A stretch of DNA of 64,000 nt from Candidatus Pacebacteria bacterium CG_4_9_14_0_2_um_filter_40_15 (GTDB taxonomy: Bacteria; Patescibacteriota; Microgenomatia; UBA1400; PJMF01): NCBI GenBank assembly GCA_002788675.1, contig PFRS01000008.1, forward strand, positions 3,233-67,232, written 5' to 3'. Both the position numbers and the translations under genes were made by a program. Numbering within the stretch: the stretch's first letter is position 1; every line of letters begins with the position of its first letter. Positions 1 through 10,344 of the stretch are shown piece after piece. The notes beneath the pieces are model-generated. The model did no database searches. It saw nothing but the letters and a program-made list of their open reading frames with translations, and had not been told where the DNA came from.

Positions 1-1
1 T

Positions 2-343
2 TGCTAACTTTTCAATGATCTTTATTGAGTTAATAGTTTCAGGAGTGCTTGGAATTGCTGCATCAAGGAGCGGTAATCGATTTTCAAGAGTTAAATATAT
101 AGACTGGGCTGAACCCAGTGCAGCAACTTTTTTATTAAGTTGTTCTTGGAGTGCTTTTTTATCTTCAATTTCTTTAAGCAAATCTGACATAGTTAATAAG
201 GTTGGGCGAATTGCAAAGAGGGCCAAGAAGATGATCAAACCAACGGTCAGAAAGAGCTCCATAGATACTTGTGCTACCGGATTATGGTAGAACTGATCGA
301 GTATTGCAGCGAGTTGTTTTTTTCTTTTTTGTGTTGTTGCCAT
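2..343 (-). CDS. PilO-like type IV pilus assembly protein (runs off window edge)
   Basis: Hand translation from ATG at 343: MATTQKRKKQLAAILDQFYHNPVAQVSMELFLTVGLIIFLALFAIRPTLLTMSDLLKEIEDKK...LDAAIPSTPE; one TM helix then coiled coil; directly downstream of the PilN-like gene. Confidence 0.6.
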   Translation of the reverse strand, partial: MATTQKRKKQLAAILDQFYHNPVAQVSMELFLTVGLIIFLALFAIRPTLLTMSDLLKEIEDKKALQEQLNKKVAALGSAQSIYLTLENRLPLLDAAIPSTPETINSIKIIEKLA

Positions 344-345
344 GA

Positions 346-966
346 TTAGAGCCCCCCTGTTCGGTCAAGGACATCCACTTTTTCTTCAGATTTACTAACT
401 TTATCTTGTTTTTCGATTACCTTTGTTTTTGCACGAATACTAAATGCAAAACCAGGCTGTGTATTATCTTCGTTGGATTCAACTTTATCTACTGAAACTT
501 CATGAAACTTAGAAGAAATTTGAAGATTATTTATGAGCAAGTTGAAAGCTGTCTGAGAAAGCGTTGTTCCGGAAGCGATAATTGTATCGTTACTAATAAC
601 TAAATCGTCTAATAAAATTCCCTCAGGAATAATCTCTTTAATATCGGCAAATGTTTCAACAATAGTGTTGGATTGCTTTAGCTGCTCGTAACTAGAAATT
701 TTGTTTTGTGCAATACGGAAATTATTTTCAAGTTGACCATACGAAGAAATGATGGCAGCTTTATTAGAAATTGATTGGTTAAGATCAGTGACTTGTCGGT
801 CCAAAGTAAAGCGAGTAGCAAAACTAATTATAACGACAAGCTCGGTGAAAATAACGATGTATCTCCCTGCTGAAAGTGCCCACTTCAGAATACGACCAGG
901 TATGGTCGCAAAAAACGGGTCCTTGGGAAGCAAGTTAATCCTAATGGCGGCAGGCTTTTTTTTCAT
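346..966 (-). CDS. PilN-like type IV pilus assembly protein
   Basis: N-terminal INLLP motif, TM helix, coiled coil, then IP..I.L..L...G segment typical of PilN. Confidence 0.75.
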   Translation of the reverse strand: MKKKPAAIRINLLPKDPFFATIPGRILKWALSAGRYIVIFTELVVIISFATRFTLDRQVTDLNQSISNKAAIISSYGQLENNFRIAQNKISSYEQLKQSNTIVETFADIKEIIPEGILLDDLVISNDTIIASGTTLSQTAFNLLINNLQISSKFHEVSVDKVESNEDNTQPGFAFSIRAKTKVIEKQDKVSKSEEKVDVLDRTGGL

Positions 967-1061
967 GTCTTCTTGGTGCAGTTTTTATATGCACTAATGA
1001 GTATACAAGTTTTTGAGCGCTTCACCAAGCATGAGTCTTACTTGTCTTGTAATTCAGTCGA

Positions 1062-2768
1062 CTATAACTGAAGATCGCGATCTTCAAGACTTGGTTCATA
1101 GACAAATTCTTCAGTCTTATCCAATCCTCGTTTCCAGAAAGAGAAATGTTGCGTGAGTCTCGATATGAGAGTGAGTTCGCGCACCTGCATGAGGGCAGAA
1201 AAGTATATATACACTAAAAATCCAATGGTAGTTGTAACAACAGTCAGTGCCAGGAGTTCAATACTTTTTGTTGTGTTAAATACAAGTTCATCTAGAACTC
1301 TAAAAGGAAGATAGAGGAAGACTGCCATTAAAAAGCTTGAAAGGAGCATTTTTGACTGAGGAATAATAAAGGATTTGTCAAACAGTCCGCGTACTTTTTT
1401 ATTCAGCAAGAAGATAAATAAGATTAGTTCAAGAATCGCAACGAATGAAGTTGTGATTGCTAAACCAAGTACTCCCAGATCAGTGAAAAAGACAAAATAG
1501 TTTGCAAGGAGTAAATAAATTCCTACAACAATGACTGTGACAATAAATGGCGTTTTTGTATCTTTGAGGGCATGAAAGGCTCTAATAAGTAACTGAACCA
1601 GAGCCTGAGCAGCTATAGAAAGGGATAAAATAGCTACTACTCGTCCTATTGAAAGTGTAGATGCCCAGTCTAAATTTCGTGCCCCATAAGCAAGACGAAC
1701 AATTGGAACTCTCAGTATGAGCAAGAGCACTGATGCAGGTAAAGCAAAAAAGCTAATTTGATTGAGCGATTGAATAATAAGCACTTGAAATTTTTGTTTA
1801 TCAAACGACGCCGATTCCTCAGATAAAAATGGAAGCGAAGCTTGTCCGATTGAAACACCAAAGAGCCTAATTGGCATGGTCATTAATCGTAGTCCTAGTT
1901 TTATGATCATAAAGGACACACTTCCAATAGATGTGGCAAAAAAACCAAGAGAGAGATTTTGAATTTCTGTCAGACTATAGGTAAGCACTCGAGCAGGCAT
2001 TAGAGAAAATAATTTTTTAACTCCAGGAAAGCTAAAGTCTAAAGAGAAGCGATAACGGAAACCAAGCTTATAAACAAAAGGAAACTGGATAATCATATGG
2101 AGAAATGCGCCAATGAGTACACCAATTCCAGCCGAGTAGATTCCAAATTGTTCTTTAAAGAGGTATGCTCCCAAGATAATACCTAAATTATAAAAAAGTG
2201 GACTAATTGCCGGCATGATAAAGCGCTGATACGATTGAAGTATGCCTGTGTAAAAGTTAGAAATTGCAAAGAGTACTTGGGCCAGGATCATTATTTTAGT
2301 TAGATCTAAAGCAATTTTTATTTGAAGTGGTGTAAATTCAGCACCAGTTCTTAACGTAGTGATAGGTTCAGCAAAGATAAAGATGAGCGCTCCTACAGCG
2401 ATAAAGGCGACTAATAGGATGGTCATAACTATTGAAGTAAGGGTAAAGGCATCTTTTTCAGATCTTTTTTTGCGAGTTTCGGTAAAAATGGGAATAAATG
2501 CGGCAGAAAGTGCACCTAAGACGATGAGCTGATACATAGTGTCAGGAATTTGAAAAGCGAGTTGAAATGCAGTATATGTTTCGCCAGCAATGCCTGGCCC
2601 ATAAAATTGACCCAAAAGAACTCTGTCACGGAGAACCCCTGCCAGAAGAGAAAACAAATTTGCGGTAGCAATAATTATACCGGCTGAAAGTATAGTATTT
2701 TGTTTTTTCTCGAGCCATCGCCCACTAATGAGAAGTTTTGACAGTTGTTCAGTTTTAAATGGCAGCAT
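1062..2768 (-). CDS. murJ: Lipid II flippase MurJ (MviN)
   Basis: AFQIPD, GALSAAFIPIF, RAFHALKDTKTP motifs; many TM helices; ATG 2768 preferred over GTG 2774 because TATAAT lies 8 nt upstream. Confidence 0.92.
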   Translation of the reverse strand: MLPFKTEQLSKLLISGRWLEKKQNTILSAGIIIATANLFSLLAGVLRDRVLLGQFYGPGIAGETYTAFQLAFQIPDTMYQLIVLGALSAAFIPIFTETRKKRSEKDAFTLTSIVMTILLVAFIAVGALIFIFAEPITTLRTGAEFTPLQIKIALDLTKIMILAQVLFAISNFYTGILQSYQRFIMPAISPLFYNLGIILGAYLFKEQFGIYSAGIGVLIGAFLHMIIQFPFVYKLGFRYRFSLDFSFPGVKKLFSLMPARVLTYSLTEIQNLSLGFFATSIGSVSFMIIKLGLRLMTMPIRLFGVSIGQASLPFLSEESASFDKQKFQVLIIQSLNQISFFALPASVLLLILRVPIVRLAYGARNLDWASTLSIGRVVAILSLSIAAQALVQLLIRAFHALKDTKTPFIVTVIVVGIYLLLANYFVFFTDLGVLGLAITTSFVAILELILFIFLLNKKVRGLFDKSFIIPQSKMLLSSFLMAVFLYLPFRVLDELVFNTTKSIELLALTVVTTTIGFLVYIYFSALMQVRELTLISRLTQHFSFWKRGLDKTEEFVYEPSLEDRDLQL

Positions 2769-3034
2769 TTTCACCTATTATAGAAACCATCTTGAATAAA
2801 AACAACTTGAGTATTGAGGAAGTTCACTACTCACTCAGAGAAACTACATTGCTGATTCAAGGCATATGTACAAAAAACACTGAAGTATAAGCAAAAGGTA
2901 GTTTCTCTATTTGAATTTACAGCACAATTGAGTTATAATTCCTGCCTAGCATAAAAAACTCACAGGAGAAATATTCATAAGCTAGTATAAGAGACAATAC
3001 AGTAGAATTAGAAAAAAGAAATAAGAATACAAGT

Positions 3035-3388
3035 ATGCCAATTTTAAAGAATGCAAAAAAAGCTTTACGTGTTAGTAAGAGAAAGACTGTGATTAATTCT
3101 CGAACAAAATCAAGAATGAAAACACTTGTTGATGCTTTTAAGAAAAGTCCAACACTCGAAGCATTAAGCTCAGCTTATTCTTCAGTTGATATTGCTGTTA
3201 AAAACAACATCATTAAAAAGAACAAAGCTTCTAGAGTAAAAAGTCAGTTAAGTAAAGTATTACCATCTGGTAAAACTGTTGCTTCAACAGCACCAAAAGC
3301 TGCTGCAAAACCTGCAGTCAAAAAAACAGTTGCTAAACCAACTGTAGCCAAAAAAACAAAGACAACCAAAAAAGCAGCTAAAAAATAA
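3035..3388 (+). CDS. rpsT: 30S ribosomal protein S20 with Lys/Ala-rich C-terminal extension
   Basis: MPILKNAKKALRVS...N...KS..KT, IIKKNKASRVKSQL. Confidence 0.92.
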   Translation: MPILKNAKKALRVSKRKTVINSRTKSRMKTLVDAFKKSPTLEALSSAYSSVDIAVKNNIIKKNKASRVKSQLSKVLPSGKTVASTAPKAAAKPAVKKTVAKPTVAKKTKTTKKAAKK

Positions 3389-3467
3389 GTATATCCTTTT
3401 CGGAGAAAGTGTCGCTTGGTATTCTACTGTGTACTAAGATGTTGGAGTAGCTCATAGAGCTTATATC

Positions 3468-5240
3468 ATGCAAGACAAAATTCGTAATTTCTCCATTATT
3501 GCTCATATTGATCACGGTAAAACAACGTTAACCGACCAATTTCTACATGTTACTAATACAGTTGGCGCTAGTGAAAAAACTGAGCGCATTATGGATAGTA
3601 ATCCAATTGAAAAGGAACGTGGAATTACCATTAAGTTGGCTCCTGCTCGAATGGAATATAAAGGTCATATTTTAAATCTGATTGATACACCAGGCCATGT
3701 TGACTTTGGATATGAAGTAAGTCGATCTCTGGCTGCATGCGAAGGTGGTTTGCTGGTTGTTGATGCAACGCAGGGTATCCAAGCTCAAACACTTTCAAAT
3801 TATGAACAAGCTCGAGCCTTAGGGTTAACTATAATTCCAGTAGTGAATAAAGTTGATTTGCCTTCGGCAGAGGTTGATAGAGTTATGCTTGAAATCATGG
3901 AGTTGTGTAACTGTGATGAAGACGACATTATAAAAGTTTCTGCTAAAACAGGAGTAAATGTCCCAGCAGTGCTTGATGCAATTATTGAAAGAATTCCTGC
4001 TCCAACAGGAGACGAAGCTGCCCCATTGAGAGGTTTGCTTATTACTTCACATTATGATGTGCACAAAGGAGCTATCGGTTTAGTGCGTGTTGTTGATGGA
4101 GAACTATCAAAACAAAAACTGCACTTTTTATCTTCAGGAGTATCTTTTTTACCTGTTGAAATTGGTGTCTTTTCACCAACTATGCGTCCTGTTGAAAGCA
4201 TTCAGTGTGGTGAAGTTGGATATATTGCTACTGGGCTAAAAGATATTCGTTCAATGAAGATTGGTGATACGGTGACGTCACATTTAACTAGAGAAAAAAT
4301 TACAAAATTAGCTGGATACAAAGAGCCAACACCTATGGTGTTTATGGAGCTGTATCCAACGGATGCTGCTGAGTTTACGCTTCTGCAAGATGCAATGGAT
4401 AAGTTGGCACTTCGTGATGCGGCATTAACTTTTCAAGGTACACACTCAATGGCCTTGGGTAGTGGACTTCGTGTTGGATTTTTGGGAATTTTGCATGCAG
4501 AAATTGTGCTTGAACGGCTCAGTAGAGAATTTGATTTAGAAATTATTGCGACTTTACCGTCTGTTACTTACAAAGTTACCACAACCGATGGGATTGAGTC
4601 ATTAGTTCAAACACCGGGGGACATGCCAGATCCTGCGCAAATTTCATTTATAAAAGAACCAATTGCAGCCGTCTCGATTTATGCGCCAAAAGAACGTATG
4701 GGAGATATTCTGAACCTAGTTAGAGAAAGACGCGGAGAGTTTACTAAAAGCTCTCAGGTAGGACAGCGAATGAATATTGAATGCGAAGTTCCTTTAGCTG
4801 AAATAATCACTGACTTTCATGATGTCTTAAAATCGCTTACTTCTGGCTATGCTTCACTCGAGTACTCTATCTCTGAGTTTAGAAAAGTTGAAGCCGTTAA
4901 AGTAACCATTCTATTAAACGCAGAACCTATTGATGCGTTGAGTTTCATTGCTGTTCGTGAGCGTGCTGAATATGAAGGTAGAAAAATTGTTGCTAAACTT
5001 AAAGACGTGCTTCCGCGCCAAATGTTTGAAGTGCCTATTCAAGCAGCTATTGGTGGAAAAATTATTGCTCGCGAAACACTGAAAGCATTTCGAAAAGATG
5101 TGACTGCAAAATTATACGGTGGCGACGTTACCCGTCGCAAAAAGCTGCTTTCTAAGCAGGCAAAGGGTAAGAAGCGCATGAAACAGTTTGGTAAAGTTGA
5201 GATCAATCAAGAAACTTTCATGTCAATTTTAAAACGATAA
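3468..5240 (+). CDS. lepA: Translation elongation factor 4 (LepA)
   Basis: IRNFSIIAHIDHGKTT, DTPGHVDF, GFLGILH, RKDVTAKLYGGDVTRRKKLL. Confidence 0.97.
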   Translation: MQDKIRNFSIIAHIDHGKTTLTDQFLHVTNTVGASEKTERIMDSNPIEKERGITIKLAPARMEYKGHILNLIDTPGHVDFGYEVSRSLAACEGGLLVVDATQGIQAQTLSNYEQARALGLTIIPVVNKVDLPSAEVDRVMLEIMELCNCDEDDIIKVSAKTGVNVPAVLDAIIERIPAPTGDEAAPLRGLLITSHYDVHKGAIGLVRVVDGELSKQKLHFLSSGVSFLPVEIGVFSPTMRPVESIQCGEVGYIATGLKDIRSMKIGDTVTSHLTREKITKLAGYKEPTPMVFMELYPTDAAEFTLLQDAMDKLALRDAALTFQGTHSMALGSGLRVGFLGILHAEIVLERLSREFDLEIIATLPSVTYKVTTTDGIESLVQTPGDMPDPAQISFIKEPIAAVSIYAPKERMGDILNLVRERRGEFTKSSQVGQRMNIECEVPLAEIITDFHDVLKSLTSGYASLEYSISEFRKVEAVKVTILLNAEPIDALSFIAVRERAEYEGRKIVAKLKDVLPRQMFEVPIQAAIGGKIIARETLKAFRKDVTAKLYGGDVTRRKKLLSKQAKGKKRMKQFGKVEINQETFMSILKR

Positions 5241-5299
5241 GTGCTCTTTTCGAGTATATCTGAGTAATTTTAAAACAATTAATGCTATACTATTGGCTA

Positions 5300-6007
5300 A
5301 TGCCCAAAGTATTTGATAGCGAGACCCACTCAAGGAAACAGCAGATGAAGAAAAAATCACCTTCGTCATCAACAAGTGATGCATCCAAGACGGTTAATCA
5401 CAGACATGTTGATGATTACTCAGATGTTTTAGCCTCTGAACCAAGTTGTGATAGGGTATTCACTTCTTTTGCACCTAAACCGAAGCATACTCGTTTTGAA
5501 TCTCAGGCAACAACAGAGAATGTGGTGTTACTGCTGAGACAACATCCTATTACTCAAGTAAAATGGATTCTTGTAGTACTATTCTTTGGAATTGTGCCGA
5601 TGTCTTTCCCGTTTTTACCTGTATATAGTTTTCTTCCAATCAGCTACCGTCTGGGACTTACTTTTCTTTGGTATTTAGCACTCTTTGGCTATTCATTTCA
5701 ATTATTTTTAAAATGGTTTTACAATGTGTATATTCTGACTGACGAGCGTGTTATTGATGTCGACTTTATTAGTTTAGCTCAGAAGAATATTACTGCTGCA
5801 AAAATTGATAATATCGAGGATATTACTTCTGAATCAGTGGGTTTTTCTTCAACTTTTTTTGATCATGGAACTGTTTTAATTCAAACAGCTGGAGCGGCAC
5901 AAGAAATTACTTTTGAGGCAGTTCCTTATCCAGCGAAAGTTACTGCTGTTCTTAATGATTTACTTCTTGAAGAAGAACGAGAAAAAATCGAGGGGAGGAC
6001 TCACTAA
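5300..6007 (+). CDS. Membrane protein with bacterial PH-like domain
   Basis: Two TM helices then YILTDERVID...IEDIT...GTVLIQTAG; start moved to ATG 5300 (TATACT 8 nt upstream). Confidence 0.7.
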   Translation: MPKVFDSETHSRKQQMKKKSPSSSTSDASKTVNHRHVDDYSDVLASEPSCDRVFTSFAPKPKHTRFESQATTENVVLLLRQHPITQVKWILVVLFFGIVPMSFPFLPVYSFLPISYRLGLTFLWYLALFGYSFQLFLKWFYNVYILTDERVIDVDFISLAQKNITAAKIDNIEDITSESVGFSSTFFDHGTVLIQTAGAAQEITFEAVPYPAKVTAVLNDLLLEEEREKIEGRTH

Positions 6008-6264
6008 TGTTGTTTCAACTTATTCTTAACCCGACTACTCAGTTTACCCAGGCAGATGCGACGGGCTTTGTTCTTGCTATTTTTAAGTGGATGCTTGTTA
6101 TAGTTGCAATTCTGTACATGTTTGTTGCAGTGATCATAACCCGACAAATTGGACTGATGCATGCTACAGTTTCTACTCCACATACAGTCAGACTTCGTCT
6201 TATCAGCTTAGTCCATTTGGCACTTTCAGGCGTTTTGTTGCTGTATTTTGTTCTGTTTTTGTGA
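6007..6264 (+). CDS. Small 2-TM membrane protein
   Basis: 85 aa, two hydrophobic helices, TAATG coupling with the upstream gene. Confidence 0.7.
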   Translation: MLFQLILNPTTQFTQADATGFVLAIFKWMLVIVAILYMFVAVIITRQIGLMHATVSTPHTVRLRLISLVHLALSGVLLLYFVLFL

Positions 6265-6333
6265 TAAAAATAGATCAAATAGTTGCAAAGAGACACACGG
6301 GTGTGTTGTTCTTCTTTGCAAATGAATATATAG

Positions 6334-8616
6334 ATGCCGAAAGTACGTGTTACACCAATCATCGGCCTGCCCCAATTTAATGGATGGTCTCAAGTAGTTG
6401 AGTCGCCTCCGCATTCGTCAGTTAAAGCAGTTCTGAGTGTTGCTATCGAAGGCAATCAAGCTGGAAACGTTGGCAGAGATATTGCGAATTTTTTCTCAGC
6501 ACAAGTAATTCAAACTCTCGAAGAATTTCATTCTTTATTAGAGGAAGTAATTAATCAGGCAATTGAAAATGAAGTTCGTATTTTATGTGCGGCAGGTTTT
6601 TTCGCGGGGGATCATTGTGCCTACGCCACATTTAATGGAGCAGTCTTGCTTCGAAGATCAGATAAAATTGGTACGATCTTAAGTTCGGGCAATCAGCTTA
6701 AACTTATTACGGGCCAAGTAAGTACACAAGATGTGGTTGTATTTTCAACACTCCCTTCAGCTCGCTTTTTTTCTGAAATTGAGATTAAATTTACTCAAGG
6801 CTATGATGTTGATACTATTGTTACCTCTGTTGTCCCAGGGCTTCATGCTGAGGAAAACTCATCTCTCTCGTCACTCGCGTTTGTAACCTTTGATGATACC
6901 CAGTCAGAACCTGTGCATTTAAATCATACCGCTGTTGTATCTCAACCAATTCGTGAGAAGTCTTCCTCTCAAAAATATTCATTTAGCAAAACCGTACAGA
7001 CTAATAGCCCAGATATTTCAGGTAAAGATTCCCCCCAGAAGCCTACAGAAAGTCATGCTGAAACTAGTTCGGAACCATTCTCTGTACAAGTACCCCAATC
7101 TGATTCTGATGAAGGTCACACAACTTTTGAAGAAAAACAGATGACAGCTTCTATATCAAGTGATACAGAAGCTGTTGTTGATTCTCTAACAGCTTCACTT
7201 GAAGAGCTCATTACTCAACCAGAAACAAAAGTGATTGACATTGGAGAAATTATTTCTAAGTTTATTTCAAAAATTGGTGCAGTATTTGCATTGTTTTTTT
7301 CTTTACTGAGTCGTGTAGGTAAAAAAGTACTCCCGATAGTTAAAAAATTTGGGAGTGTGAGTATATCAAAGATACGAGCAACAGTCACAACTTCAGAAGG
7401 TGGAGCTAGTAAAGCAGCATCAATGAAAACGATGCTGGTTGAGACAGGATCTACATTCAAAAGTTTACTTCCAAACCGTGACGTATACATCGAAACGTCA
7501 AATAGTAAGAAGCTAAGAAACATCCGACTGGCCGTGCTTTCAATCAGTATTTTAGTTGTACTTGGTGTCGTAGCCTTTATTTTACTTTCTAAACGTACCG
7601 CAGAACGTGAATCAGCACAGAGTGCTGTTGCCCCCTTTGTTGAGAGAGTAAAAAGTGCTGAGCAGTTAGCTGAGTCAGACCCCGTCTCAGCTAGAAATGA
7701 TGTTCAATCTGTACTCAGAGAGGTTGAAGATTTACAGTCTCAGTATGAGGCAGATTCGATTGGATTTGAGATAATTTCGACAGAAAGAGCAAAAATTGAA
7801 GCGTTATACTCAGATATTTCTGGTCTTGATGCTTTACAAGAGTTACCCATTTTTTATGATTTAAGACTGGTGAGTTCAGATTTCGTTGCTTCAAAAGTAT
7901 TGATGGATGGAACAAAGCTCTTTTTCTTTGACACTGAACAAAAAACGGCAATATCCCTTGAAACTACTTCAAAAAAAGCTGCCAAGCAGACAATACCCGT
8001 TGAAGCATTTGTTGATGCTGCGTTATTGGGGGGAAATCCATTAGTCTTAACAGATAATGGTATTGGTAGGGCTATATTCACAGATGAAGGTTTAGACTAT
8101 AACGAAGTTATTGCAGATGGTGACTCAAATCGCTTAGCAACCTTACTTGCAACCTATGATCCATATCTGTATGTAGTAAACCCAGAAAAAAGAAATATAT
8201 ATCGATATGCCGAAACTGAAGACGGTTTTTCGGATCCAATAGGTTGGATTCAAGAAATTGCGCGAGGATTAGAATTTTCTTCAATTAGTTCCATAGCAAT
8301 TGATGGTGATGTTTGGCTCGGTACAAAAAGTGGTGGTATCTATAAATTTACTCGTGGACGAGTTCAAGATTTTGAAATTCGCGGTCTGCAAGTACCTTTT
8401 GAGTCAACAGTGCTGGTCCACACTTCAGATGCATCAGATAAACTGTATATTTTAGAAGCACAAAAAAATAGAATTGTTGTATTGCAAAAAAATGGTGACT
8501 TTATTCAAGAAATTAGTAATACTTCTCTTGGTTCAGTTACCGATATTGTTGTTAATGATAGCGGTACATCCTTGTTTGCTATAAGTGGTTCAGTACTTTT
8601 CAAGATAGATTTATAA
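6334..8616 (+). CDS. Bitopic membrane protein: degenerate PP2C-like N-terminal domain, S/T-rich linker, TM helix, beta-propeller-like C-terminal domain
   Basis: 760-aa ORF; TM near aa 398-418; C-terminal repeats SIAIDGDVW, LYILE..KNRIVVLQKNGDFI; domain labels are inferred. Confidence 0.6.
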   Translation: MPKVRVTPIIGLPQFNGWSQVVESPPHSSVKAVLSVAIEGNQAGNVGRDIANFFSAQVIQTLEEFHSLLEEVINQAIENEVRILCAAGFFAGDHCAYATFNGAVLLRRSDKIGTILSSGNQLKLITGQVSTQDVVVFSTLPSARFFSEIEIKFTQGYDVDTIVTSVVPGLHAEENSSLSSLAFVTFDDTQSEPVHLNHTAVVSQPIREKSSSQKYSFSKTVQTNSPDISGKDSPQKPTESHAETSSEPFSVQVPQSDSDEGHTTFEEKQMTASISSDTEAVVDSLTASLEELITQPETKVIDIGEIISKFISKIGAVFALFFSLLSRVGKKVLPIVKKFGSVSISKIRATVTTSEGGASKAASMKTMLVETGSTFKSLLPNRDVYIETSNSKKLRNIRLAVLSISILVVLGVVAFILLSKRTAERESAQSAVAPFVERVKSAEQLAESDPVSARNDVQSVLREVEDLQSQYEADSIGFEIISTERAKIEALYSDISGLDALQELPIFYDLRLVSSDFVASKVLMDGTKLFFFDTEQKTAISLETTSKKAAKQTIPVEAFVDAALLGGNPLVLTDNGIGRAIFTDEGLDYNEVIADGDSNRLATLLATYDPYLYVVNPEKRNIYRYAETEDGFSDPIGWIQEIARGLEFSSISSIAIDGDVWLGTKSGGIYKFTRGRVQDFEIRGLQVPFESTVLVHTSDASDKLYILEAQKNRIVVLQKNGDFIQEISNTSLGSVTDIVVNDSGTSLFAISGSVLFKIDL

Positions 8617-8661
8617 AGTAAAGAGCCCTCCTCGAATATACCCTGGTATAATAACCTGCAT

Positions 8662-9105
8662 ATGTTACTTGTTCCAAACAAAAGAGCACGAGCCGAATAT
8701 GACATCAGTAAAACACTTATTGCAGGGATTGTGCTGACAGGAGCAGAAGTAAAGAGCTTACGATTAAAGCAAGCAAGTTTAAAGGGCAGTTACATCAAGC
8801 TTGTAGGTAGTGAACTTTTCTTGATTAATGCACAAATTACTCCCTACAAATTTGCGGATACTCGACTTGAGTACGATCCAAAGAGAACCCGTAAATTATT
8901 GGTAAAGAAAAAAGAAATTTTAGATTTACTGGCACTTCAAGAACAAAAAAAAATCACCTTTGTTCCTTTATCAATACAATTGGTGGGCAAGTTCATCAAA
9001 GTAAAAATTGGAGTCGGTAAGGGACTCAAAAAATTTGAGAAGAAAGAACGACTAAAAAAGCGCGATCAAGAAAGAGATGTTGCCAAAGAATTGAAGTATC
9101 GCTAG
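8662..9105 (+). CDS. smpB: SsrA-binding protein SmpB
   Basis: NKRARAEY, AGIVLTGAEVKSLR, DPKRTRKLL. Confidence 0.96.
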   Translation: MLLVPNKRARAEYDISKTLIAGIVLTGAEVKSLRLKQASLKGSYIKLVGSELFLINAQITPYKFADTRLEYDPKRTRKLLVKKKEILDLLALQEQKKITFVPLSIQLVGKFIKVKIGVGKGLKKFEKKERLKKRDQERDVAKELKYR

Positions 9106-9166
9106 TATTATTTCCCAATTTTGAGTATACTTTTGGTATATAGCATTGTTTATAAAAGGAGGTAGT

Positions 9167-9430
9167 ATGCCTAAACGCGTATTCTGGCCAGTAGCCATGG
9201 TCATTCTAGGATTAATTTTTTTAGCATCAAATTTAGGTATGTTGCCTAGAGCATTTTGGAATCTTTGGCCAATTATTCTTATAGTTGTTGGTCTTGGTGG
9301 ACTGCTAACTTCAGATCGTGAAGAGTGGATGGCTTCTGAGACAGCACCAAAAAAAACTTCAAAGCAACCTACAACAAAGGCTAAAAAAGCAGTTAAAAAG
9401 ACTACCAAAAAAACTTCAAAGAAGAAGTAA
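9167..9430 (+). CDS. Small membrane protein (LiaF/DUF5668-like TM hairpin) with Lys-rich tail
   Basis: LGLIFLASNLG...WNLWPIILIVVGL; AGGAGG ribosome-binding site before ATG 9167. Confidence 0.75.
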   Translation: MPKRVFWPVAMVILGLIFLASNLGMLPRAFWNLWPIILIVVGLGGLLTSDREEWMASETAPKKTSKQPTTKAKKAVKKTTKKTSKKK

Positions 9431-9433
9431 TAT

Positions 9434-10132
9434 ATGTCTACTCCCCATTTTCAGATAGCAATTGATGGTCCTGTTGCGGCAGGAAAGGGGACTATATCTC
9501 GTCTGGTAGCAGATCAACTAGGATTTCTATATGTAGATACTGGTGCAATGTATAGAGTAGCAACATTACTCGTAATGCGAGCTGGTACTGATTTCAATAA
9601 TGAAAATGCAATTGTTAAGTTAGTGCGTAGTAGCAATATTCAGATGCGCAATCCAAAAGCATATGAAAAAGATGGTCGTTTAACAACGGTTTTAGTCGAT
9701 GGTGAAGATGTGTCGTGGGACATAAGAACCGAAAAGATTAGTGCAAAAGTTTCAATTGTTGCCGCACATCCCAAAGTTCGTGAAATTTTAGTTGAAAAGC
9801 AACAGATAATTGCCGAGTCTCAGGATGTTGTCATGGAAGGTAGAGACATTACTTACAGAGTGTTACCAGATGCTAACTTAAAAATTTATCTTACTGGATC
9901 AGATACTGTTAGAGCAAAACGTCGTCATTTGCAGTCTTTGCAGCATGGCGAGTTTGTAACCTACAAGGAAGTATTTGATCTTTTAAAAATACGCGACACT
10001 AATGACATGGAGCGAGTGAATGATCCGCTTAAAATTGTTGATGACGCTTGGGTGATCGATACCAGTGACTTGAAAATACAGCAAGTTGTTCGTCTTATTG
10101 TAGACAAAGTTCACGTAATGATGGACATGTAG
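9434..10132 (+). CDS. cmk: Cytidylate kinase, bacterial type
   Basis: IAIDGPVAAGKGT, YVDTGAMYR, VVMEGRDI. Confidence 0.95.
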   Translation: MSTPHFQIAIDGPVAAGKGTISRLVADQLGFLYVDTGAMYRVATLLVMRAGTDFNNENAIVKLVRSSNIQMRNPKAYEKDGRLTTVLVDGEDVSWDIRTEKISAKVSIVAAHPKVREILVEKQQIIAESQDVVMEGRDITYRVLPDANLKIYLTGSDTVRAKRRHLQSLQHGEFVTYKEVFDLLKIRDTNDMERVNDPLKIVDDAWVIDTSDLKIQQVVRLIVDKVHVMMDM

Positions 10133-10149
10133 TCCCATGAAAGGTGGTC

Positions 10150-10344
10150 ATGCCAACTCCAGAAGAAATTCAAGCACTTACAGAAGAAGTCGAAGCACGC
10201 AAAGCTGAAAAGCAACGAGCTCGTGATGAGAAAAAAGCAGCAAAATTAAAAAAACAACGAGCAGAAAAATTTGAAAAGTTAACGGCACCAATTATTTTAG
10301 TTATTACTGTCTTAATTGGTTTGGCACTTTGGTTTTCTGTCTAG
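10150..10344 (+). CDS. Small tail-anchored hypothetical protein
   Basis: Charged helix then C-terminal TM; 3' end overlaps the convergent PBP gene. Confidence 0.55.
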   Translation: MPTPEEIQALTEEVEARKAEKQRARDEKKAAKLKKQRAEKFEKLTAPIILVITVLIGLALWFSV

